Below, piece by piece: positions 26,310 to 34,519 of a DNA stretch of 37,256 nt. How positions within the stretch are numbered: position 1 is the first letter of the stretch; every line of letters begins with the position of its first letter. Source of the DNA: an archaeon (GTDB taxonomy: Archaea; Iainarchaeota; Iainarchaeia; Iainarchaeales; CSSED10-239); contig JAKQHQ010000009.1 in the NCBI GenBank assembly GCA_029557995.1, positions 1 through 37,256 on the forward strand, read 5' to 3'. The translations under genes were made by a program, and so were the position numbers. The notes below the pieces were generated by a model, which saw nothing but the letters and a program-made list of their open reading frames with translations, did not search any database and was not told the DNA's origin.

Positions 26310-27035
26310 ATGATAAAAGAAATTGACTTAAACAATAGGCACATAACTATTATTGGCACAGCTCATGTATCCTCCAAAAGTGCAGAATTTGTCAGGGAAA
26401 CGATTTTGGAAAAAAAACCAACAGCAGTGTGCGTTGAGCTTGACTTTAACAGGCTACAGGCGCTATTGGAGCCAAACAAAGAAGAAAAAAAACCAAAGTT
26501 CAGCTATATATTCAAAGCAAGGCACAAGTCTGTTTTCCTATTGAGTTATATCCTTAGTGGACTGCAGGGACGCATTGCAAAAAAATATAATGTAAACCCT
26601 GGAGAGGAGATGACAGCAGCAGTAAATTCCGCTAAAGAGATAAATGCAAAAATATATCTTGTGGACAGGGACATTAATATCACCCTGCAAAAGCTATTGA
26701 AAAGATTAAGCATCTGGGAGAAATGGAAGCTTGTTTTTGGTGGGCTTTTCATACCAAAAAAGGAGATTGAAAAGATTGACATAAATAAGCTCATGTCTGA
26801 AGTTGAATCCGAAGAAGAGAAGTCTGAAATCATAGAAGAGATAATGAAACTATACTCAAAACGACACAAGAAATTCAAAGAAATAATTATTGACGAGAGA
26901 GACCAATATATTGCTTATAACCTGCAGAAAATTCCTGAAGAAAATATCGTTGTAGTTGTAGGCGCTGGGCACATTGATGGGATAATTGAAAACCTCTACA
27001 AACAGATAGATATAAAGAAAATATTAACTATTTGA
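26310..27035 (+). CDS. TraB/PrgY-family protein
   Basis: 241 aa. ITIIGTAHVSSKSAEFVRETI, AVCVELD, GEEMTAA, IIDERDQYIA and VVVGAGHIDGI match the TraB-family motif order. Confidence 0.8.
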   Translation: MIKEIDLNNRHITIIGTAHVSSKSAEFVRETILEKKPTAVCVELDFNRLQALLEPNKEEKKPKFSYIFKARHKSVFLLSYILSGLQGRIAKKYNVNPGEEMTAAVNSAKEINAKIYLVDRDINITLQKLLKRLSIWEKWKLVFGGLFIPKKEIEKIDINKLMSEVESEEEKSEIIEEIMKLYSKRHKKFKEIIIDERDQYIAYNLQKIPEENIVVVVGAGHIDGIIENLYKQIDIKKILTI

Positions 27036-27104
27036 AGTTCTTGAATTGAAAACCTCTACAAACAAATAGATATAAAAAAAATATTAACTATCTGAAATTC
27101 TTGT
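26985..27104. repeat. 60-bp tandem duplication spanning the TraB-family stop codon
   Basis: Copy 1 (26985-27044): attgaaaacctctacaaacagatagatataaagaaaatattaactatttgaagttcttga. Copy 2 (27045-27104): attgaaaacctctacaaacaaatagatataaaaaaaatattaactatctgaaattcttgt. They differ at about five positions. Confidence 0.9.
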
Positions 27105-28092
27105 CTTGGATTAAATGCATGTATGCGCCGAGAGTGTGTAATCTTGGAGCTAAGCCAGACAACTTACCATTAGCAACAACCCTGCCAAGTTTTATCTCCC
27201 TTAAAAGCTCAAGCTCAGTGCTTGCTCTTGCTATAAGGTAACCATTGCCAATTTCGTAAGGCATGTGGGCATCAGAACCAGCTGTCTGGAACAACCCATT
27301 CTTTTCAGCAAAGTCCTTTGCCTTGATATTTGCCTCTTCCTTCAAGACCCTTGAATTGAATGTTTCAACTGCTGGGATATACTTGGATATTGGTCCAGTA
27401 ACAGATAGCTTGTCAAAGCCCTTAAAGCTCCTCCCAAAATCAAAGGGGTGTGAAACTGATAATAGAGCTGACTGTGATTTAATCTCATCTATTACATCTA
27501 ATATATCTGTTACTACAATCTTATCGTAGGTAAAAAGAGCAAGAACGTGCCCAATCTTTCGTCCTTCAAATGTCACATCTATTTCTTGCCCAGGTATAAA
27601 AATAAGCTCATATTGTTTTGCAAGCTTTGTTAATGCTGGCCAAGCCCTTATTGTGTTATGGTCTGTTATTGCAAAACCCTTTAAGCCAGCTTGTTTAGCT
27701 TTCCTTACAAGAGTTTCTGGTTCTGTCACAGCGCATGGGGAAAACTTGGTGTGGGTGTGCAGATCAAACTTTCCAAACTCACTTTCTTCTTTTTCATGTA
27801 TTCTTTTCTTTATAACAAAAAAATCTGATGTGCCGATTTTTTTAAGCTTTATATCTTGGGCTTCTGTTTTTTTCTTTGCCCTAGTGATTTCAGTTGTAGC
27901 AGAAATGTCTGGCACTGGAGTTGGCTTTCTCTTTGCCCTAATGATCTCTGTAGAATCCGTATAGTCACTTGCTTTGCCTAAGGCAAGTGGAGCTTCTTTT
28001 AGTTGCATCTTGCGTGTTTTCTTTTTCTTGAGTTTAGGCATAACTTTTGGTTTTCTCAAAGATGCCTTTGATGCAATTTTTTTCTTAACCAA
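27088..28092 (-). CDS. PHP-domain metal-dependent phosphoesterase with a ~105-aa Lys-rich N-terminal extension
   Basis: 334 aa. FDLHTHTKFSPCA and GFAITDHNTI (PHP motifs I/II), SVSHPFD, and AGSDAHMPYEIG. TTG start with GGTGA 6 nt upstream. Confidence 0.78.
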   Translation of the reverse strand: MVKKKIASKASLRKPKVMPKLKKKKTRKMQLKEAPLALGKASDYTDSTEIIRAKRKPTPVPDISATTEITRAKKKTEAQDIKLKKIGTSDFFVIKKRIHEKEESEFGKFDLHTHTKFSPCAVTEPETLVRKAKQAGLKGFAITDHNTIRAWPALTKLAKQYELIFIPGQEIDVTFEGRKIGHVLALFTYDKIVVTDILDVIDEIKSQSALLSVSHPFDFGRSFKGFDKLSVTGPISKYIPAVETFNSRVLKEEANIKAKDFAEKNGLFQTAGSDAHMPYEIGNGYLIARASTELELLREIKLGRVVANGKLSGLAPRLHTLGAYMHLIQDKNFR

Positions 28093-28185
28093 TTTTAATC
28101 ACCACAAATACAAATAATAATGCAAAAGATATTTTAAAAGCTTTTGTTTTTTCTTATAAACCCAAAAAAAATAGAAATAGTGTTA

Positions 28186-28287
28186 GGCAAGAGAGGAAAC
28201 CAAACTAAATTCTGTTTCGACCTTCAAGCCAGGTAATAGCATGTTCCTCCTGCCTATGCCAACCCCGCCATAGGGTTAATTTTTTTT
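28186..28287. ncRNA. Candidate structured small RNA (identity and strand unresolved)
   Basis: A GC-rich island in an AT-rich 452-nt ORF-free spacer. A long-range helix pairs GGCAAGAGAGGAA (28186-) with TTCCTCCTGCC (-28254). A second hairpin is CCTATG-n10-CATAGG (28253-28274). It is followed by T8 on the plus strand (28280-28287) and preceded by A8 (28164-28171), which is T8 on the minus strand. Confidence 0.25.
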
Positions 28288-28544
28288 AGCCACAGCAACT
28301 ATAAAACCCCCCCCTGGATGATATCGTTAGAAATCCTTTTATGCTCCTTCTCTAGTTTACCTAGATGTTATTGGATTTGTATCAATTTCCAAAATATATG
28401 GGTAGTAACAGTATATATATAGTAACTATGTTTTTGTGTTCCAAATGGCACATAATTATGAGAAATATGTACTAAAACTTAAGTTGTGGCATATCGTTTT
28501 GAAAAACAAGCAGTTAAAACTAATTAACTTGAATTAATAACCAA

Positions 28545-29084
28545 TCAAAATAGAAGAAAATAAATTGCAAAGTTATAAAACGCATGAGCAAAGAAATTTG
28601 GTAAAAGATTTCCTGTTTTTTTGTAGGCACTTGCTAAAAACACACCCATTACAAATGCACCGAGTACTTCAATGACAGAAGCATATGCAAGATGCCCTAA
28701 CGCAAAAAAAACACTTGAAAATATTATCCCAACCTTTGGAACAAGAAAGCCCCTAAAAAACCATTCCTCTAAAAACACTCTAATAACAAAAAAATAAATT
28801 ACCACCGGAAGGGAATAACTTAATATCTCTTCTCCAACAACATCAAGATCTGATACTTTAAACAACACAGAAAAAAAACTAAGGGTGTTGCTTAAAAAGA
28901 ACAAGAATATAAAAATAATTAAAGTTGATTTTATTAAATCTTTTGGCTTTATTGCCTTTATGCCAAGCGAAGAGAAAACAGATTTAAGATTTGTGGTCCT
29001 GTCAAATAGGAAAACAAAATAGAAAGGTATGAAAAATAAAAAGATATCCAAAATAATGTCTTGCGGTATAAATTGCATACTCAC
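28545..29084 (-). CDS. CPBP-family (CAAX/Abi-type) intramembrane metalloprotease
   Basis: 179 aa, polytopic. Motifs EEWFFRGFL, FALGHLAY and FAHAFYNF occur in the canonical CPBP order. The start overlaps or abuts the S27ae stop. Confidence 0.82.
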   Translation of the reverse strand: MSMQFIPQDIILDIFLFFIPFYFVFLFDRTTNLKSVFSSLGIKAIKPKDLIKSTLIIFIFLFFLSNTLSFFSVLFKVSDLDVVGEEILSYSLPVVIYFFVIRVFLEEWFFRGFLVPKVGIIFSSVFFALGHLAYASVIEVLGAFVMGVFLASAYKKTGNLLPNFFAHAFYNFAIYFLLF

Positions 29085-29305
29085 TCAAAAATATTCATCC
29101 CGCATTTTCCACAGGCGTATCTTATTTTCCCATCTTTCTCTTTGTGTGCACCCATCTTTACGGCAGTTCCGCATTTTGGGCACTCCTTACCAAGCTTATC
29201 CACTTTGTCCCCAGACACAGAGTAAAATTTACTTACCTTTACCCTTTCTGTCTTACTGTGCTTTGTCTTTCCTTTTTTCTGCCCACTTCCTTTTTTCTTA
29301 CCCAT
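29081..29305 (-). CDS. rps27ae: Ribosomal protein eS31 (S27ae)
   Basis: KFYSVSGDKVDKLGKECPKCGTAVKMGAHKEKDGKIRYACGKCG zinc-ribbon. The track start (GTG, 29317) overlaps S24e. The ATG at 29305 has AGGTGA 8 nt upstream and is preferred. Confidence 0.85.
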   Translation of the reverse strand: MGKKKGSGQKKGKTKHSKTERVKVSKFYSVSGDKVDKLGKECPKCGTAVKMGAHKEKDGKIRYACGKCGMNIFE

Positions 29306-29309
29306 AACA

Positions 29310-29588
29310 TCATTCACCTTTCTTTTCTGTTCTCTTTAGCTTGTAGGATAACTCTAGCTTATTAAGATAATCCAAAGAATCATAGACCTTAAGATAAGCA
29401 ACGCAAGATAGCTTTCCAAACTCCTGATGGATTTTATCCACAACTATTAGATTCTCGTCAACTCCAAGCATTGCGGAAACTTTTTTCAAAAGTTCCTTCC
29501 TACTTATTGTCCTTTCATCTTTTACCTTTGCAATTACTGTTGTCCTATGCAAAAGTTCGTTTCTCTGCTTCTCAATTTCTATATTCAT
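29310..29588 (-). CDS. rps24e: Ribosomal protein eS24 (S24e)
   Basis: 92 aa. NELLHRTTVIAKVKDERTISRKELLKKVSAMLGVDENLIVVDKIHQEFG matches the S24e pattern, and the cluster context is conserved. Confidence 0.9.
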   Translation of the reverse strand: MNIEIEKQRNELLHRTTVIAKVKDERTISRKELLKKVSAMLGVDENLIVVDKIHQEFGKLSCVAYLKVYDSLDYLNKLELSYKLKRTEKKGE

Positions 29589-29593
29589 TTAAT

Positions 29594-29818
29594 TCACCTG
29601 CTTAGCCTCAAGGCATATCTACCTGGGGTCTTGATATCCATCACCTTTGCAATCTCCGAATTTTCTGGGTCTATTACCAATGCATTGCCCTTCCAAAAGG
29701 TGGTAAATGTGTTGTGCCCACAAATTGGGCACTCCTTTACTGTTTCCTTGCCCTCAGAATCATTGTCCTCCAATATTTTTCTACATTTTCTGCATGCCTT
29801 ATACACCATCAAAATCAC
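29594..29818 (-). CDS. spt4: Transcription elongation factor Spt4 (RpoE'')
   Basis: 74 aa. Zinc ribbon CRKC...CPICG followed by FTTFWKGNALVIDPENSEIAKVMDIKTPGRYALRL. Confidence 0.9.
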   Translation of the reverse strand: MILMVYKACRKCRKILEDNDSEGKETVKECPICGHNTFTTFWKGNALVIDPENSEIAKVMDIKTPGRYALRLSR

Positions 29819-29824
29819 CTAATT

Positions 29825-30439
29825 TTATTTCTTTTTCGACTTTAATTTCTTATGTTCTTTTTTGTCTTCCTTCTTGTTTACTTGCTTCTTTTCCTTCTTT
29901 TGCACTGCTTTTTGCCAATCTGGTTTTCCAAGCCCAAATTGCCTCATTGTTAAACCAATCTTTGTTTCTGTTATGCTGGGCTTAAGGCTGACATTTGCTA
30001 TCCTAGCTAAGATTACATCGCCAACCGCAAGGGACTGCCTCGTCTCTTTGCCTGTAAATCCTGGCAACTCAGCATTATAAGAATTAAAGTCCTCCATAAT
30101 TTGAGAAATATGACACAACCCCTCAAGCGGTCCTATCCTAATAAATGCCCCAAAGTCTGTTGCCTGAGTCACAACCCCATTGACAATCTCATGAAGCTTA
30201 GGATAGTAGGTGACTACAGAAAACTTCGCCCTAAAGAAAACATTCGGATCTGCAGGGATAATCTCCCCTATGTCATGGGAGATGACTTCAGTTACTGCCA
30301 CAACTATGCCTATGTTCTTGTCTATTACCCCTTCATAGTCATAGCATAATTGGTCAAGGATTATGTCATTCAACTCACCTGACAATCGTTCTGGTGTAAT
30401 TGAAACAATGCCTTCCAGTACATATTTTTTGTAACCCAT
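29825..30439 (-). CDS. rpoE: RNA polymerase subunit Rpo7 (RpoE') with a Lys-rich C-terminal tail
   Basis: 204 aa. N-terminal Rpo7 fold (YVLEGIVSITPERL...YEGVIDKNIGIVVAVTEV), then an S1 domain (IVNGVVTQATDFGAFIRIGPLEGLCHISQI). Tail KKEKKQVNKKEDKKEHKKLKSKKK. Confidence 0.9.
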   Translation of the reverse strand: MGYKKYVLEGIVSITPERLSGELNDIILDQLCYDYEGVIDKNIGIVVAVTEVISHDIGEIIPADPNVFFRAKFSVVTYYPKLHEIVNGVVTQATDFGAFIRIGPLEGLCHISQIMEDFNSYNAELPGFTGKETRQSLAVGDVILARIANVSLKPSITETKIGLTMRQFGLGKPDWQKAVQKKEKKQVNKKEDKKEHKKLKSKKK

Positions 30440-30454
30440 TCTTTAAAACTCCTT

Positions 30455-30862
30455 TCAATTCAAAAAGACATTATGCAACCTTAAGGTTAAAACCGTGTTG
30501 CCTTTTTTCTTAATCTTGCTTTTGAGTATTTTGTCGTTTGTGTATATTATATATTTATTGCTAAAATAAATTAATAAATTATCCACATTTCTATATTTCC
30601 CACGCAATTCTGGGCTTACCTCTAATACTTCAAACTTATGTGCTACCTCAAGCTTATCTAAGAATGCCTTTAGTAACTTTAACTTCATCGGCTTGCTTTT
30701 ATAGACTTGCTCTATTTCCCTAAGCGAGCTATCCAACACAAAAAACCTTGCGTTTGGTAGAATATTTTGGGCAAACTCAAAAATGTCTCTTTTATGTTCA
30801 TACATATAAATTAACACATTTGTATCAATGATTACGCTTATGCCACTATCTTGTCTCTGCAT
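30455..30862 (-). CDS. PIN-domain protein of the conserved aIF2-gamma/Rpo7 cluster
   Basis: 135 aa. SVIIDTNVLIYMY N-terminal PIN acidic motif. It sits between aIF2-gamma and Rpo7, the position seen in many archaea. Confidence 0.75.
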   Translation of the reverse strand: MQRQDSGISVIIDTNVLIYMYEHKRDIFEFAQNILPNARFFVLDSSLREIEQVYKSKPMKLKLLKAFLDKLEVAHKFEVLEVSPELRGKYRNVDNLLIYFSNKYIIYTNDKILKSKIKKKGNTVLTLRLHNVFLN

Positions 30863-32036
30863 ACCCAGACAATCTCCAACGCCCGTTCACAAGTCTGCTG
30901 ATTGCAATTTTCTCGCCCTTGTAATATACTGCTTGGTTTTTTAGAGTGACTAACAAAATGTCGCCCTTAATCTTCTGGATTGTGCCTAAATGTGCTGCGG
31001 TACCAATTATAAGGACTATGTTTTCCCCACATCTTAACGGCTCCTTGTTGGATTCCAGCAATCTTTCTATCTTGGAATATTTCACTTCCAATTCTTGGGT
31101 CATCAATGGCTTAGAGCCTTCTTCACATATCAATTGCCCAATCATCTGGTCACCAGAGACATAGAATGGGTCAAGCTTTGTACCGATTGCTATAAGCCCA
31201 CCAGCATGCACTTTTTTAAATGGCACTCCATTTGAGTTTAGGGATTCAACAGTGAGTTCAATCGGTTTTGTTATGCCTGGATAAAGCCAAACCTTTTGCT
31301 TCTCACAGATGGTTCCACAAATTATTGCGCCACCAAGTACTCCGCCCTTAAGAGATTCCACCTTAGAGCCTGGCTTGTTTATGTCAAAAGATCTTACAAC
31401 CCTCATTTTTAAAGGGGAGGTAATATCAAGCTCTGGCACAGGTATATATTCTAACATTGCATAAATCAGTGCATCAATGTTTATATCAAAATGAGCTGAT
31501 GTTGGGATGATTGGAACATCTTTATAGCCTTCGTCATCTAAAAATTTTCTTATCTTTTTGTAATTTTCTATTGCTTCTTCTTTTGTTACAAGATCAATCT
31601 TGTTCTGAGCTACAACAACGTGCTTAATGCCATGCATCTTCAAAGCAGAAAAATGTTCTATGGTCCTTGGCTGCGGGCACTCTTCATTAGCTGCAATAAC
31701 AAGTATTGCCCCATTAAGTAAAGTTGCACCAGAAAGCATGACTGCCATCAAGGTTTCGTGCCCTGGGGCGTCCACAAAGGACACTTTCCTTATAAGTTCT
31801 CTCTCACCGCCACACAACTGGCATTTCTTTGTCACGCCATAGGCCTGGATGCCTTTACAGGTCTTGCATTTATAGAAGCAGGCATCTGCATAACCAAGCT
31901 TTATGGAAATCCCTTGTTTAATCTCGTCAGAATATCTGTCTGTTGCCTGCCCAGTTATCTTTGAGGTAAGTGTTGTTTTTCCGTGGTCAACATGCCCAAC
32001 CACACCAATATTCATTACTGACTGCACAGATTCCAA
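30846..32036 (-). CDS. eif2g: Translation initiation factor aIF2 gamma subunit
   Basis: 396 aa. NIGVVGHVDHGKTTL (G1), DAPGHE (G3), QNKIDL (G4), and a Cys cluster CKTCKG...CQLCGG typical of aIF2-gamma. Confidence 0.93.
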   Translation of the reverse strand: MESVQSVMNIGVVGHVDHGKTTLTSKITGQATDRYSDEIKQGISIKLGYADACFYKCKTCKGIQAYGVTKKCQLCGGERELIRKVSFVDAPGHETLMAVMLSGATLLNGAILVIAANEECPQPRTIEHFSALKMHGIKHVVVAQNKIDLVTKEEAIENYKKIRKFLDDEGYKDVPIIPTSAHFDINIDALIYAMLEYIPVPELDITSPLKMRVVRSFDINKPGSKVESLKGGVLGGAIICGTICEKQKVWLYPGITKPIELTVESLNSNGVPFKKVHAGGLIAIGTKLDPFYVSGDQMIGQLICEEGSKPLMTQELEVKYSKIERLLESNKEPLRCGENIVLIIGTAAHLGTIQKIKGDILLVTLKNQAVYYKGEKIAISRLVNGRWRLSGYAETR

Positions 32037-32046
32037 TTACTTTCAC

Positions 32047-32469
32047 TCATTTTTTCTTTTTGCCTTTCCCAGAAGCACCTAATGTATCCTCTTCTTTCTT
32101 TTGCTTTGGGAACCTCTCATCAAAACCGGTCGTGTCGCCAGCAGTCAATTTAATATTGACTTGCGCGGTCTTGTCTGTTATAAATCTCCCTGCAACCCTC
32201 ACTCTTCGTCTCTCGCCTTTTTTAGAGGCTCTGAAACCAACGCCTTTTGCAGTAAGTATCTTTTTTGAGTTTTCAAAATCAAGCTTAGTATGCATAGGAA
32301 AACCCTGCTTATCAGAGCCACCTGTGATTATGCCTTTTAAGTTAGGCGAAATCATCCCTAGGTCAACTTCGTCTTTGATTTTTTTCCCAAGCAAATGTAG
32401 GATGGTTTTTTCGTCCGCCTCAACATTATAGCTTTTCTTTGTTTTAGGGTCAGATAATGTTAATCTCAA
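32047..32469 (-). CDS. rps6e: Ribosomal protein eS6 (S6e)
   Basis: 140 aa. LTLSDPKTKKSY, GGSDKQGFPM and ERRRVRVAGRFI. TTG start with GAGGTG 8 nt upstream. Lys-rich C-terminal tail. Confidence 0.9.
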   Translation of the reverse strand: MRLTLSDPKTKKSYNVEADEKTILHLLGKKIKDEVDLGMISPNLKGIITGGSDKQGFPMHTKLDFENSKKILTAKGVGFRASKKGERRRVRVAGRFITDKTAQVNIKLTAGDTTGFDERFPKQKKEEDTLGASGKGKKKK

Positions 32470-32485
32470 ATTTCATACACCTCGT

Positions 32486-34237
32486 TCATTGATTTTGCTT
32501 TTTCAATATCTTCTCTTTTGCTCTATCTATCATCTCTATCTCTCTTTGGCATAGGTCATCCTCTATTTTCTCTAGTTTAGCTATGCCCTCAAGAGAAAGA
32601 GCCACATCTAAAATATCCCCTTCCTTGAAATCTTTCAGGTAAACTGCGTCAGCAATTGAGACAGCAACTTCGGATTCTTCTTTTGCTATGTCAACTGCTT
32701 TGCCATTTGACTGAATTCCTTCCACCTTACCGATGATATTTCCGTTATGCTCTATTATTGCTCCAACCACCAAGCGCCCGTCTATAACCCGAACACCAAC
32801 GACTGCTGGCTTGGAACTCCTGAATATGAAGTTTGGAAGTACCTTGAAGCTACAGGGATAAACTATGCCTTTTAGCAACTTGTCTTTTTCCTGTCTTTTA
32901 AACTTCTCTAGCCAATCTTGATAGTCCTCAATTAATTTATATATGATATTGTTTTTAAATATAGGGATTTGCAACTTTTCTATTTCATCCAGAAATTCTT
33001 GTTCAATCTTCACGTCGAATAGAAAAAGAACTCCCTGCTCCTTGTTCTGCTCGTGAAGTATCTTTAGCTCCAAAAGGTCCTTGCTTGAAAAATCACCAAG
33101 ACCGGAGTTGGCGATTGGAATACACTCTGTGTCCAACAATTTGTGTAAGGCCTCAAGGGAGCCCAAAGTGTCTGCCTTGACAAACGCACCAGTGCTACCT
33201 TTTGTTAAACAAGAATATGTTTTTATCTTTAGGTCTTCAACAGCTTTATTATCATCTGCTGAGACAATCACAGCGCCTGGAAGGCATTCCGATATGTTTG
33301 GGGCAACAACCTTTACACCTGCAGCTGCACATATATCGTTACATTTTACAAACTTGCATTTTTTATCAACAGCAGACATGAAATTTGGCTTTAACAGGGC
33401 TTTCACCTTCGTGGTCATTATCCCGCCTCTTGTAGGAAAACAAATTTCGTCTTTCACCTTTAAACAACCTTGATAGACTATAACATCTGCTGTTGCTCCT
33501 ATCCCTTTAACTTCATCTAGTTCCAGCACAGCTCCCTGCATGTAATCGTTTTCATCAATAGTTAGCCTCTTACCAAGAAATTTCTGGCTTAAGACAGCAA
33601 GAAACAAGATGATTTCTGAAAGCCCAAGCCCATATAGGATGCTTGCTGGTATCACAACTACTTGCTTTGTGAAATCCGTAACCCTATCAAACCTTTCAGC
33701 AGTAAACCCTTTGTCATAAAGTTGTCCGACAATCCTATAAACAAGCTCATCTATTTTATCTGAAACTGCCTTTGTCTGACTATTTAAACAATCAGTTATA
33801 TTGTTAACTGTCTTTTCAAACCCGAAAATTAAATCAATCTTATTTGCAACTACAATAAAAGGCACCTTGTACATCTTCAAAAGGTCTATTGTCTGGATGT
33901 CTTGCGCCTGCAGACCCTTATTGATGTCTGTAACCAAAACCACAAGGTCAGCCAATGCCCCACCCCTCTCCCTTAGGTTGTCAAAAGCGTTGTGCCCAGG
34001 TGTGTCAATGAACAGCAAGCCAGGTATATTCAACTCAAAATTGTATTTCTTTATTAACTCCCCACTGAATTTATTTACTGTCTCAATTGTTATCTCTGTT
34101 GCGCCGATGTGCTGTGTTATCTTACCGATTTCCTTGTCTACTATGGAGGTACCTTTGATCATGTCTAGGAAAGTGGTCTTTCCTGAGTCTATATGACCCA
34201 TAACTGTAATTATCGGTTGTCTGTAGACTATAGTCAA
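32486..34237 (-). CDS. infB: Translation initiation factor aIF5B (IF-2 homologue)
   Basis: 583 aa. PIITVMGHIDSGKTTFLD (G1), IDTPGHNAF (G3), ANKIDL (G4), and domain lengths typical of aIF5B. Confidence 0.93.
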   Translation of the reverse strand: MTIVYRQPIITVMGHIDSGKTTFLDMIKGTSIVDKEIGKITQHIGATEITIETVNKFSGELIKKYNFELNIPGLLFIDTPGHNAFDNLRERGGALADLVVLVTDINKGLQAQDIQTIDLLKMYKVPFIVVANKIDLIFGFEKTVNNITDCLNSQTKAVSDKIDELVYRIVGQLYDKGFTAERFDRVTDFTKQVVVIPASILYGLGLSEIILFLAVLSQKFLGKRLTIDENDYMQGAVLELDEVKGIGATADVIVYQGCLKVKDEICFPTRGGIMTTKVKALLKPNFMSAVDKKCKFVKCNDICAAAGVKVVAPNISECLPGAVIVSADDNKAVEDLKIKTYSCLTKGSTGAFVKADTLGSLEALHKLLDTECIPIANSGLGDFSSKDLLELKILHEQNKEQGVLFLFDVKIEQEFLDEIEKLQIPIFKNNIIYKLIEDYQDWLEKFKRQEKDKLLKGIVYPCSFKVLPNFIFRSSKPAVVGVRVIDGRLVVGAIIEHNGNIIGKVEGIQSNGKAVDIAKEESEVAVSIADAVYLKDFKEGDILDVALSLEGIAKLEKIEDDLCQREIEMIDRAKEKILKKQNQ

Positions 34238-34288
34238 TCACATCCTGAAATTTCAGAGGGCGCACCAAACCAAAAATAGAGAAAAAAA

Positions 34289-34495
34289 TTATTGCACGCT
34301 CTGTTGTTTCTTTCTGTGTCTTTGCTTTTCTATGTGATATATATCTGTCCATCTTGTCTTTAATGGCTTATACTTTTTATTTAATTGGTTTTTTTTGCAT
34401 TTGCTTGAACAAAAATAACTTACTGTGCCATCTTTCTTTGCAAAGATGATGCCAGTGCCTCTCTTTATTTCCTTGCCACAGAATGTGCAGTTCAT
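34289..34495 (-). CDS. rpl24e: Ribosomal protein eL24 (L24e)
   Basis: 68 aa. CTFCGKEIKRGTGIIFAKKDGTVSYFCSSKC. Confidence 0.92.
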   Translation of the reverse strand: MNCTFCGKEIKRGTGIIFAKKDGTVSYFCSSKCKKNQLNKKYKPLKTRWTDIYHIEKQRHRKKQQSVQ

Positions 34496-34519
34496 TTGAT
34501 TTCACCTACCCTTTTGCAA

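Noticed and set aside
28186-28320. Identification of the GC-rich island as RNase P RNA, SRP RNA, 5S rRNA or a split or permuted tRNA
   Set aside because: Only a partial CR-I-like GAGGAAAcc is present, and I found no CR-IV/CR-V partner. I also found no SRP helix-8 GNAR/AGCA motif set, no 5S loop motifs and no T-loop (GTTCRANYC). The island is too short for RNase P or SRP RNA. It is kept only as an unclassified ncRNA candidate.
30455-30862. PIN-domain gene as a toxin of a toxin-antitoxin system
   Set aside because: It occupies the conserved position between aIF2-gamma and Rpo7 found in many archaeal genomes. It has no small upstream antitoxin-like partner, so it is more likely a housekeeping ribosome-biogenesis-type PIN protein.
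32440-32480. Apparent frameshift at the S6e start: an ATG (MKFEINI...) lies in another frame just upstream
   Set aside because: The TTG start gives (M)RLTLSDPKTKK, matching the conserved S6e N-terminus pattern (x-L-x-h-SDP). It has GAGGTG at an ideal 8-nt spacing. The ATG frame stops after 8 codons and sits too close to the SD.
10579-34237. Inteins or other large insertions in IleRS, the thermosome, aIF2-gamma and aIF5B
   Set aside because: Protein lengths are at or below typical values. The conserved motifs are contiguous, and no Cys/Ser...HN-type intein block was seen.
34122-34352. 76-aa minus-strand ORF bridging the aIF5B start and the L24e end
   Set aside because: It overlaps two confidently assigned genes out of frame, and its composition is unremarkable and basic. 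It is most likely spurious.
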